DNA of 64,000 bases from Bacteroidales bacterium UBA4814 (GTDB lineage Bacteria; Bacteroidota; Bacteroidia; Bacteroidales; UBA7960). Positions 40,725-49,773 of the stretch are shown here, in pieces. The position numbers were made by a program, and so were the translations under genes. Position 1 is the stretch's first letter; the number at the start of each line of letters is the position of its first letter. Location: the NCBI GenBank assembly GCA_002402465.1, contig DHFW01000052.1, forward strand, positions 71,971 to 135,970, written 5' to 3'. The notes below the pieces were generated by a model. It was not told the DNA's origin. It did no database searches and was given only the letters and a program-made list of their open reading frames with translations.

Positions 40725-42494
40725 ATGAACCAAGTACAACATAACGCTATTGTTAATTTCATCTGGAGTATTGCTGATGATGTGTTACGTGATGTTTATA
40801 CACGTGGAAAATACAGAGATATAATTTTACCATTTACCGTATTACGCAGACTGGATGCCATTTTGGAGCCTACCAAAGACAAAGTTTTGGAGATGCACCA
40901 AAAATTGAACGAAATGAAGATTGACAACCAATCTGCCCAATTACGCAAAACCAGTGGCTATGTGTTTTACAATACCTCTAACTACACCTTCAAAAGGTTG
41001 TTGAACGAACCGGGCAACATTCGCCAAAACTTAGAAACCTACTTGGATGGCTTTAGCAGCAACGTGCAAGACATCATCAGTAAGTTCAAGCTAAGAAACC
41101 AATTAGAGACCTTAGAAGAAGGCAACATCACCTTTCCATTGATTGAAAAGTTCTGCTCAAGCACCATTAACCTAAGCCCAATGCCTGTCACTGATAAAGA
41201 CGGTAATGTGGTAATGGAAGGCTTGACCAATTTAGGGATGGGCTATGTGTTTGAAGAATTGATACGAAAGTTCAACGAGGAGAACAACGAAGAAGCGGGA
41301 GAACACTTTACACCAAGGGAAATCATTCGCTTAATGACCCACCTGATTTTTGAACCGCTCAAAGGAAAGATAAAGGACGGAACGTATCTCATTTACGACC
41401 CTGCTTGTGGTAGTGGTGGTATGCTTACAGAAGCGGAACACTTCGCCAAAAAACTGAACCCAAAAGCTACTTTCCATTTGTACGGTCAGGAGGTAAACCC
41501 TGAAACCTATGCCATCTGTAAAGCAGACATGCTCATAAAAGATGAAGACCCTGAGAAGATTGCTTTCGGTTCTACACTGAGCAAAGACGGCTTTCCAAAC
41601 CTGCAATTTGACTTTATGATCAGTAACCCACCGTATGGGAAAACATGGAAAGTAGATGCAGATGCCATACTGGATAAAAAAGACATTATAGATCCTCGCT
41701 TTACCGTGGGTGTTCCCCGAGTAAATGACGGTCAATTGCTGTTTGTCATGAACATTGTTTCCAAGCTGAAAACCAACAGCGAATTGGGCAGCAGGGCAGC
41801 TACCATTCATAATGGTTCAGCGTTGTTTACAGGTGATGCAGGACAAGGAGAAACGGAAATACGAAAGTATCTCTTTGAGCATGATTTGCTGGAAGCGGTA
41901 ATTGCCTTACCCAACGATTTGTTTTACAACACGGGCATACCCACCTACATTTTTATCCTCAACAACAAGAAGGAAGAAAAACGAAAAGGGAAACTACAAC
42001 TCATCAATGTTACTTCTGAGGCTTTCTACAGCAAAATGCGCAAGCCATTAGGGAAAAAGCGGGTAGAGTTCAGCAAAGACCATATCCGCAAGATTACCGA
42101 CCTGTTTTTGAACTTCGAGAACAATGAGCACAGCATCATTCTCGATAACGAAGATTTTGGCTACAGCCAGATAACCGTACACCGTCCGCAGCGTGATGAA
42201 GACGGAAATATCATCAAAGATGCCAAAGGCAAACCGAAAAGCGACAATGCCCTCAAAGACAAAGAAAACATTCCTTTAAAGGACGACATTGATGCCTTTT
42301 TTGCCAAAGAGGTTACCCCTTTTGTGCCGGACGCCTGGTATAAAAAGAGCGAAACCAAAATTGGTTATGAAATAAACTTTGCCAAGTACTTCTACCAACA
42401 CAAAGCCCCAAGGAGCTTGGAGGAAATATCTGCCGATATTTTCAAGATTGAGGAAGAAACCGAGCATCTATTAAAAGAAATTGTTGAAGCGTAA
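40725..42494 (+). CDS. hsdM: Type I restriction-modification system methyltransferase subunit
   Basis: HsdM_N-like N-terminus, DPACGSGGML (AdoMet site) and NPPYGKTW (motif IV). I chose the start at ATG 40725 over 40620, which overlaps the XRE gene. Confidence 0.9.
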   Translation: MNQVQHNAIVNFIWSIADDVLRDVYTRGKYRDIILPFTVLRRLDAILEPTKDKVLEMHQKLNEMKIDNQSAQLRKTSGYVFYNTSNYTFKRLLNEPGNIRQNLETYLDGFSSNVQDIISKFKLRNQLETLEEGNITFPLIEKFCSSTINLSPMPVTDKDGNVVMEGLTNLGMGYVFEELIRKFNEENNEEAGEHFTPREIIRLMTHLIFEPLKGKIKDGTYLIYDPACGSGGMLTEAEHFAKKLNPKATFHLYGQEVNPETYAICKADMLIKDEDPEKIAFGSTLSKDGFPNLQFDFMISNPPYGKTWKVDADAILDKKDIIDPRFTVGVPRVNDGQLLFVMNIVSKLKTNSELGSRAATIHNGSALFTGDAGQGETEIRKYLFEHDLLEAVIALPNDLFYNTGIPTYIFILNNKKEEKRKGKLQLINVTSEAFYSKMRKPLGKKRVEFSKDHIRKITDLFLNFENNEHSIILDNEDFGYSQITVHRPQRDEDGNIIKDAKGKPKSDNALKDKENIPLKDDIDAFFAKEVTPFVPDAWYKKSETKIGYEINFAKYFYQHKAPRSLEEISADIFKIEEETEHLLKEIVEA

Positions 42495-43826
42495 ATGATG
42501 GTACACGATATACATACAGCAACTTGGCTATCCACTGTTCCGCAGCATTGGAAGACTTTGCGCATCAAAAATCTCTTTGCCGAGATAGATGAAAGAAGCG
42601 AAACAGGCGAAGAAGAATTGCTCTCAGTTTCTCATTATACCGGAGTAACCAAAAAGAGAGACAGCCTTGAAAACGAGGATGATTTTATCAGCAATGCCAA
42701 AACACTCGTGGGCTACAAAAAAGTAGCAGAGAATGATTTGGTTAGCAATATCATGTTGGCGTGGAATGGCAGCTTGGGCATTTCAAAATACGAGGGCATT
42801 ACAAGCCCTGCCTATTGTGTGTATCGCATCAAAGGAGACAATAACCCACACTATTACGGCTATTTGTTTTCTACAGCCATTATGAAGGCAGAGTTTAGAA
42901 AAAAATCCTTTGGCATTATAGATAGCCGCTTGCGCTTATACTCCGATAAGTTTTTCAGTATTCCGGTTACTGTTCCTCCAAAGGATGAGCAAGACCAAAT
43001 AGTGAATTACATAAAAGCCAAGTCCAAAAAAATAAAGCACTTCATCCAGAAAAAGCAAGCCTTTATTGAGTTGCTCAAAGAGCAACGGCAGGCGGTTATT
43101 AGCAAAGCAGTTACCAAAGGTATTAACCCAGAAGTTACCTTAAAGGAAAGCGGCATTAAATGGTTGGGTGATATTCCTGAGCATTGGGGTATTAGGCGAT
43201 TGAAATTTTGTTTGGAAGAAAAACTTAAATATGGTGCTAATGAAAGTGGTTTTGAATACAACCCGGATTGGTATAGATATATTAGGATCACAGACTTTAG
43301 TAAAGGGGGCATTTTAAGTGAAGAAAATAAATTATTCCTCCCAGTAGAAATTGGTAAAGAATACGAATTGAAGGATGGTGATATACTATTTGCCAGAAGT
43401 GGTGCTACTGTAGGCAAGACTTACCAGTTCAAGAAACAGGATGATTCGGAAAAATACTGCTATGCAGGATATTTGATAAAGGCTACTCCCGATGGCGAGA
43501 TAGTGTCATCTGACTTTTTGATGTTGTATTCAGAATCATTGGCTTTTGAGAATTGGAAAAATTCAATATTCAACAAAGCCACGATTGAAAATATTGGAGC
43601 GGACAAATACTCTGTATTACCAATTACAATACCCCCTAAAGAAGAACAAGCGGATATAATTCAATTTATCAAAGCCGAAACCGCCAAAATAGACCAGACC
43701 ATTGCGAAAGCAGAGAAAGAAATAGAACTCATCAAAGAATATCGGGAAGCCATGATAGCCGAAGCGGTATTGGGGAAACTGGATGTAAAGGTTCACACTA
43801 AAAAAGTATTGGAAAATGCCAAGTAA
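42495..43826 (+). CDS. hsdS: Type I R-M specificity subunit (two target-recognition domains)
   Basis: 443-aa protein with duplicated TRD/coiled-coil layout (PPKDEQDQIVNYI..., PPKEEQADIIQFI...). It directly abuts the hsdM stop. Confidence 0.85.
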   Translation: MMVHDIHTATWLSTVPQHWKTLRIKNLFAEIDERSETGEEELLSVSHYTGVTKKRDSLENEDDFISNAKTLVGYKKVAENDLVSNIMLAWNGSLGISKYEGITSPAYCVYRIKGDNNPHYYGYLFSTAIMKAEFRKKSFGIIDSRLRLYSDKFFSIPVTVPPKDEQDQIVNYIKAKSKKIKHFIQKKQAFIELLKEQRQAVISKAVTKGINPEVTLKESGIKWLGDIPEHWGIRRLKFCLEEKLKYGANESGFEYNPDWYRYIRITDFSKGGILSEENKLFLPVEIGKEYELKDGDILFARSGATVGKTYQFKKQDDSEKYCYAGYLIKATPDGEIVSSDFLMLYSESLAFENWKNSIFNKATIENIGADKYSVLPITIPPKEEQADIIQFIKAETAKIDQTIAKAEKEIELIKEYREAMIAEAVLGKLDVKVHTKKVLENAK

Positions 43827-45942
43827 AAGGATAACCAGACATATAGACCGTCTGATACTTGACCCTAACAATTATAGGTTCAAAGACAAACCAGAGTACA
43901 AGCCTGTAGATCAGGCCAACCTTGCTGATACCCGTGTTCAGCAGAGAACGCTAAACTTTATCCTTGGCAAAAACAATGGTAATGTAAAAGACCTCATTAG
44001 CAGCTTTACTACCAATGGCTTTTTGGATATTGACCAAATACAGGTCACTGAGGTAGGCGAAAACCTCTTGGTGCTAGAAGGCAACAGACGTATTGCCACT
44101 TTAAAGTATCTGTATGACGAATTTAAAAAGGGCAATGATGTAGGTCGCCTTACGGAATCCGACTTTAAAAGTGTCAACCTGGTATTGATAGAAGATGAGG
44201 AGCCAATTCAGCACTTAATCGCTATGGGGCTTCACCACATTAGTGGTAAAAAGAGATGGAGTGCCGTAAACGAATCTCAATTGGTAAGTGACCTCATCAG
44301 TAACTATAACAAAACAGAGCAAGAGGTATGTGATGCCCTTGGTATATCTACAGTAAAACTGCGTAGAGGTTTAAGAACACTTAGCCTTATCCAACAATAC
44401 AAGCAAAGCGACTATGGCGACCAATTTGAATCGCCTATGTACACCATTTTTGAGACTGTTATTTCAACACCGGAAATGCGTAATTGGATTGAGTGGAGCA
44501 ATGAAGATATGACCGCCCATAATGCAGTAAACTTAGAACGACTGTTTGGCTGGGTATCTCAAACCGAGGATATTGAAATTGATGAAGATGGAAATGAACG
44601 GGTCGCAACCAAAGAAGCGATTATCAGCCAATACAGGCAAATAAAGGAAATTGCTAAGTTCATAAACGACCCCAAAGCAATTGAACTGATGGAAGAAAGC
44701 CGTAGCATCGCTGAGGCTTATTCTTACAGTGATGTAATTGGTGAAAACAGGCTAAGAAATGCTTTAGATACCCTTCGCAAAGAAGTACAAGTCGCATTCA
44801 ATTTCAGCGAGCATTTAACTGAACCCGATTATGGCGAAATACAAAGGCTAAAAGACAAGTTAGACCGACTGATTCCTTCAAGTAAGGCAGTGGTGGCCAT
44901 CAATGATAAAAGATTGGCAAGCTACTTTACCACAGTTGATAATCATTTCAGCGAAATATTCGTCCACAGCTACAGAAAGCTCCACAAAATCAGAGTTAAG
45001 AACCTGTCTAAGGTCAACATATTTGTAGGTGGCAATAACTTGGGTAAAACCTCCCTACTGGAATGTTTTTACCTATTGAGCCAACTGAATGACATCAATG
45101 CATTCCTGGATTTAGAAAAATACAGGGGCAAATTCTATTCAGATTTTCATTCTAAATGGATTCACAAAAATTTCATTTCAGATATTGAATTAGAAGGCTC
45201 ATTTAACGGGGCTGAAACCAGTCTGCTCCTTTCAAAGACAGAAACCGAGGAGAATATAGAAAAGTCTGGATACCTATCTACCATAGAATCAGAAGGCAAA
45301 GTAAAGGACCTTACATTAGAGAGTTCTATTCATCTTTATACCAATAAAGCCCCGGAGCTTCACTTTACAAAGTCTCAGGTATTGTGTCCTGCCACTTTTA
45401 CAAGTCCATTCAGATACAACACCGAGTTGCTCAAAAAAGCTCACGCCAATGCAGTAACAGAGAAATATTTTGACCGGGTGATAGAGTTCATACAGACTCA
45501 TTTAGACCCAAGCATTGAAAAAATTGAGATGATCAGTGATGAAGGCGAAAGTAGGTTTATGGTTTCTTCTTCTCGCATAAATGAGGTGGTAGATATTACC
45601 AAGTATGGTGAGGGCTTACAACGGGTGTTCGAGATAGCCCTATTGATGGTTTACAGCAAAGATGGTGTGATATGTATTGATGAGGTTGATAGTGCAATCC
45701 ACAAGTCCTTATTGATTGGGTTTACTAAGTTCATACAACAAACAGCAGAGCAATTTAATGTTCAGGTGTTCCTTTCTACCCACAGCAAAGAGTGTATTGA
45801 TGCCTTCGTAAAGAATGACTACCACAATGATTTCATAAGAGCCTACGCCCTATCGGAATTAGATGGCGAAATAGCTTGCAAGTACATTGAGGGAGGCCGT
45901 TTAGAAAAGTTAATTGATTCAATAAATTTTGATATAAGATAA
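43816..45942 (+). CDS. ParB/Srx-like N-terminal domain + HTH + ABC-type (AAA_15/21, OLD/AriA-like) ATPase fusion
   Basis: LVLEGNRRIATLKYL (aa 88-92, nt 44077-44091), GISTVKLRRGLR HTH-like segment, Walker A GGNNLGKTS (nt 45028-45051), GEGLQRVF signature-like motif, Walker B ICIDEVDSAIH and an LSTHS H-loop. Confidence 0.65.
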   Translation: MPSKRITRHIDRLILDPNNYRFKDKPEYKPVDQANLADTRVQQRTLNFILGKNNGNVKDLISSFTTNGFLDIDQIQVTEVGENLLVLEGNRRIATLKYLYDEFKKGNDVGRLTESDFKSVNLVLIEDEEPIQHLIAMGLHHISGKKRWSAVNESQLVSDLISNYNKTEQEVCDALGISTVKLRRGLRTLSLIQQYKQSDYGDQFESPMYTIFETVISTPEMRNWIEWSNEDMTAHNAVNLERLFGWVSQTEDIEIDEDGNERVATKEAIISQYRQIKEIAKFINDPKAIELMEESRSIAEAYSYSDVIGENRLRNALDTLRKEVQVAFNFSEHLTEPDYGEIQRLKDKLDRLIPSSKAVVAINDKRLASYFTTVDNHFSEIFVHSYRKLHKIRVKNLSKVNIFVGGNNLGKTSLLECFYLLSQLNDINAFLDLEKYRGKFYSDFHSKWIHKNFISDIELEGSFNGAETSLLLSKTETEENIEKSGYLSTIESEGKVKDLTLESSIHLYTNKAPELHFTKSQVLCPATFTSPFRYNTELLKKAHANAVTEKYFDRVIEFIQTHLDPSIEKIEMISDEGESRFMVSSSRINEVVDITKYGEGLQRVFEIALLMVYSKDGVICIDEVDSAIHKSLLIGFTKFIQQTAEQFNVQVFLSTHSKECIDAFVKNDYHNDFIRAYALSELDGEIACKYIEGGRLEKLIDSINFDIR

Positions 45943-46814
45943 TGGCTCAGAATTTATTGTACATACTCACAGAGGGGTCTCATGATGCTGCGTTTGTTTA
46001 CCGGATACTTAAAACAAACGGCTTTACCACAAACAATGAGTTAATCAAGAATTATCCTCAACCGTTGAATGACTTTCTCTCAAGAGACATACTGAATGTA
46101 AGCATTCCAGAGGTAAAAATTCAGGAGGCTCGTTCAAGGTTTCTACCAGCCTATGTGATGAACAGAGGCAACAATCTTGTTCTTATCTATTCGATTGGTG
46201 GTGAAAGTAAAGCTGACATTAGAATTTCATTGATAAAGGCACTAAACGCCCTGAATGAACCCGACCCGGATGCTATACAAGCTATTCCAGACACATCCAT
46301 ATCAGTGCTTTACTTTTTTGATGCCGATAACTTAGGTACTGAAGCAAGAATGAACCAGGTGATCGAAGAATGCAAATTGGCATTTCCAAAAGTCGCCTTT
46401 GAGGAAAAGTATGACCCTGCTGAATTTCATCTGTTTGAGGATATACAGGTTGGTGCATACATATTTAGAAAGCCTGATGCAGATGAAGGAATGTTAGAAG
46501 ACGTACTGTTGCCTTTAATGAGAGATGGCAATGATGATATTTTTCAAGCTGCGGAAGGCTTTTTGGCTGTTAATCATACCTGCACACTATTCAGTGCTTC
46601 CTTAAAATTGGACGCCTCAGGTCAAATTTTAAAAGTGAATGGCGAAAAGTACAGTCATAAAAAATCCTTGGTAGGCACTGTAGGCCAACTAAGAAAAAGC
46701 GGAAAATCCAATACTGTTTGCATCAGTGATGCTGAATACATTACAGATGCCAAAATCAATGCAAACGGTACTTGTCTGGATATTATGAGTAGAATAAACA
46801 AAGTATTGATTTAA
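45942..46814 (+). CDS. TOPRIM-like protein (DUF4435/DUF3226/RloB-like), partner of the preceding ATPase
   Basis: N-terminal YILTEGSHDAAF (E-G-x-x-D) and a downstream YFFDADN (DxD). TAATG overlap with the ATPase gene. Confidence 0.5.
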   Translation: MAQNLLYILTEGSHDAAFVYRILKTNGFTTNNELIKNYPQPLNDFLSRDILNVSIPEVKIQEARSRFLPAYVMNRGNNLVLIYSIGGESKADIRISLIKALNALNEPDPDAIQAIPDTSISVLYFFDADNLGTEARMNQVIEECKLAFPKVAFEEKYDPAEFHLFEDIQVGAYIFRKPDADEGMLEDVLLPLMRDGNDDIFQAAEGFLAVNHTCTLFSASLKLDASGQILKVNGEKYSHKKSLVGTVGQLRKSGKSNTVCISDAEYITDAKINANGTCLDIMSRINKVLI

Positions 46815-46818
46815 GGAA

Positions 46819-49773
46819 ATGCATACAACAGATACATCAGAAAAGGGCTTAGAAACGATCATAGAAAAGCATTTAATCAATCACAATGGCTTTATTGCAA
46901 GCTATAGTGCCGACTATGACCGTGACCTCTGCATCAATGAAAAGCTGTTGTTCGAGTTTTTGGCAGCAACGCAACCCAATGCCCATGACACTATTATCAA
47001 AAGAGGTAAAGACAAATTCCTGAAACGCCTTTCAGACCAAATTCGTCAGAAAGGTATCATTGAAATATTGCGCAATGGGGTCAAGGATTTGGATTTAAGA
47101 GTACAGCTCTACTTTAAAAAGCCAACCTCTCTACTTAACGATAAAGCTCAGAAGCAATACAGCAGCAATATTTTTTCTGTTACCCGACAGTTATACTACA
47201 GTCTGGAAAACAGCAACTCTTTAGACATGGTGTTATTTATCAATGGTTTACCATTGAGCACCTTTGAATTAAAGAACCAATGGACCGGTCAGAATGTAAA
47301 ACACGCCATACGCCAATACCAAACTGACAGAGATCCGAAAGAACCCTTATTTGCCTTTGGCAGATGTATGGTTCACTTCGCTGTAGATGCCGATTTGGTT
47401 TACATGACCACTCACCTCAACAGTACAAAGACATTTTTCTTACCCTTTAATAAGGGAAATAATGATGGTGCAGGCAATCCGGTAAACCCCGAAGGTTTAA
47501 AAACTGATTACCTCTGGAAAGATATTTTGACCAAAGACAGCTTGAGCAACATATTGGAAAACTTCGCTCAAATTGTTGAGGAAAAGGACGAAGACACTGG
47601 AAAGGTTAAACGTAAACTGATTTTTCCTCGATACCACCAACTCAGAGCGGTAAAAAAACTGCTGCATCATTCCAAAGAAAACGGTGTTGGCCAGAAATAC
47701 CTCATTCAACATTCGGCTGGTTCAGGCAAATCAAATTCAATTACCTGGTTAGCCCACCAGTTGGTGAGTTTACACGATAGTGAAAATACAGAGACCGTTT
47801 TTGATAGTGTTATTGTAGTAACGGACAGGCGTGTCCTGGACAAGCAAATTAGAGATAACATCAAGCAATTTGCTCAGGTCAGTAGTGTTGTTGAAGCGAT
47901 TGATAAAGGAAGCCGACAATTAAAACAGGCCCTTGAAGATGGAAAGAAAATCATTGTTACCACAGTTCAGAAGTTCCCATTCATCATAGATGAAATCGGA
48001 GCTTTACAGGCAAAGAAATTTGCCATCATTATTGATGAAGCACACAGCAGCCAAAGTGGTGAAACGGCCAGTAAAATGAATTGGGTGCTGTCCGATAAAG
48101 AAGTTACATACGGTGAAGAACCCGAACCACCAACCTCTGAGGATATTGTCAATAACTTGATAGAGAACCGTAAAATGCTGAAAAACGGAAGCTATTTTGC
48201 ATTTACGGCCACCCCAAAAAACAAGACATTGGAAACCTTTGGAGAAAAAACAGCCGAAGGTAAATTCATAGCTTTTGATAATTACACCATGAAGCAGGCC
48301 ATTGAGGAGGAATTTATCCTTGATGTGCTAAAGAATTACACCACCTATCAATCCTACTATAAATTAGATAAAGCTGTTGAAGACAACCCTGAGTTTGAAA
48401 CACGGCAAGCCAACAAAAAGCTACGTGCTTATGTAGAAAGCCACCCTTTCTCCATCATGGAAAAATCAAAAATCATGTTAGACCACTTCCATGCGGACAT
48501 TAGAAAGCTCATCAATGGTCAGGCAAAAGCAATGGTTGTTTGCAAAAGCATTAAAAACGCCATTCTTTACTATCAGGCTTTCAACGAGTATCTGAAAGAA
48601 ATAAACTCGCCATACAAAGCCATTGTAGCTTTTTCAGGCACAAAAGAAATAGACGGAGAAGATTGGGATGAAGCCAGATTAAACGGTTTCCCGAGCAATG
48701 ACATTCCAACTGAGTTCAAGAAAAAAGAGTACCGCTTCCTGATAGTTGCCAATAAGTTTCAAACAGGTTTCGATCAGCCACTATTACATACCATGTATGT
48801 AGATAAAAAATTGGCGGATGTTCAGGCAGTACAAACTTTATCAAGACTCAATAGAGCTTACAAACCTTACAAAGAAGACACCTTTGTGATGGATTTCTTT
48901 AATACCACAGAGGATATTAAAAAAGCATTTGAGCCTTTCTATACCACCACCATTTTAAGTGAAGAAACAGACGCTAATAAACTCAATGATTTACAAGATG
49001 CCTTAGACAATGCTCAGGTCTATTCTCAGGATGATGTTGTCAACTTCACCGACTTGTATTTCAAGGAAGCAGACAGGCAGGAATTAGACCCAATCATTGA
49101 TAAGTGTGTTGCAGAGTTTAAAACTGAACTGAATGAAGATGCACAGATTGATTTCTATGTAAAGGCGAAATCCTTCTTTAGAACGTATGCATTCCTTTCT
49201 AAGCTGCTATCCTTCAATAATTCTTATTGGGAAAGGTTGTATTGGTTTCTGAAATTCCTGATTCCTAAAATCAAGCCGGAGGAAATTGAGGATTTAGCCA
49301 AGGGCATTCTGGAAGCAATAGACCTTGATAGTTACAGACTAACCCGAACAACCCAAGAGAACATCAAACTAAGTGGTGATGAAGAATTAGACCCTACTCC
49401 GCCAGTAATGAAGGGTAAAAAGGGAGAACTTGGTTTTAATGAGTTGGACGCTATCCTCAAAGAATTTAATACAAAGTTTGGCATTGATAACTGGACGGAT
49501 GATGATAAGGTAAAGAAATTCCTGTTCGAGCAATTACCAGCCGATTTTGCCCGTGATGAGGCCACAGTCAATGCTGTTAAAAACAGTGACAAACAGAATG
49601 CAAAAATCACCTCTGATAAAAAGGTTGAGGATTTGATGCAGGATGTGATTTTCCAATACACCGACTTGTATAAAAAATTCACGGATGATCCAGACTTCAA
49701 ACGCCAGTATTTAGACTTTGTATTTGATAAGATTTGGAATCAGCAAACTAATCTTCAAAACAGACCTAAATAA
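46819..49773 (+). CDS. hsdR: Type I restriction endonuclease subunit R
   Basis: N-terminal PD-(D/E)xK (LDMVLFINGLPLSTFELKN), helicase motif I HSAGSGKSNS, motif II IIIDEAHSSQ and SRLNR. Confidence 0.9.
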   Translation: MHTTDTSEKGLETIIEKHLINHNGFIASYSADYDRDLCINEKLLFEFLAATQPNAHDTIIKRGKDKFLKRLSDQIRQKGIIEILRNGVKDLDLRVQLYFKKPTSLLNDKAQKQYSSNIFSVTRQLYYSLENSNSLDMVLFINGLPLSTFELKNQWTGQNVKHAIRQYQTDRDPKEPLFAFGRCMVHFAVDADLVYMTTHLNSTKTFFLPFNKGNNDGAGNPVNPEGLKTDYLWKDILTKDSLSNILENFAQIVEEKDEDTGKVKRKLIFPRYHQLRAVKKLLHHSKENGVGQKYLIQHSAGSGKSNSITWLAHQLVSLHDSENTETVFDSVIVVTDRRVLDKQIRDNIKQFAQVSSVVEAIDKGSRQLKQALEDGKKIIVTTVQKFPFIIDEIGALQAKKFAIIIDEAHSSQSGETASKMNWVLSDKEVTYGEEPEPPTSEDIVNNLIENRKMLKNGSYFAFTATPKNKTLETFGEKTAEGKFIAFDNYTMKQAIEEEFILDVLKNYTTYQSYYKLDKAVEDNPEFETRQANKKLRAYVESHPFSIMEKSKIMLDHFHADIRKLINGQAKAMVVCKSIKNAILYYQAFNEYLKEINSPYKAIVAFSGTKEIDGEDWDEARLNGFPSNDIPTEFKKKEYRFLIVANKFQTGFDQPLLHTMYVDKKLADVQAVQTLSRLNRAYKPYKEDTFVMDFFNTTEDIKKAFEPFYTTTILSEETDANKLNDLQDALDNAQVYSQDDVVNFTDLYFKEADRQELDPIIDKCVAEFKTELNEDAQIDFYVKAKSFFRTYAFLSKLLSFNNSYWERLYWFLKFLIPKIKPEEIEDLAKGILEAIDLDSYRLTRTTQENIKLSGDEELDPTPPVMKGKKGELGFNELDAILKEFNTKFGIDNWTDDDKVKKFLFEQLPADFARDEATVNAVKNSDKQNAKITSDKKVEDLMQDVIFQYTDLYKKFTDDPDFKRQYLDFVFDKIWNQQTNLQNRPK

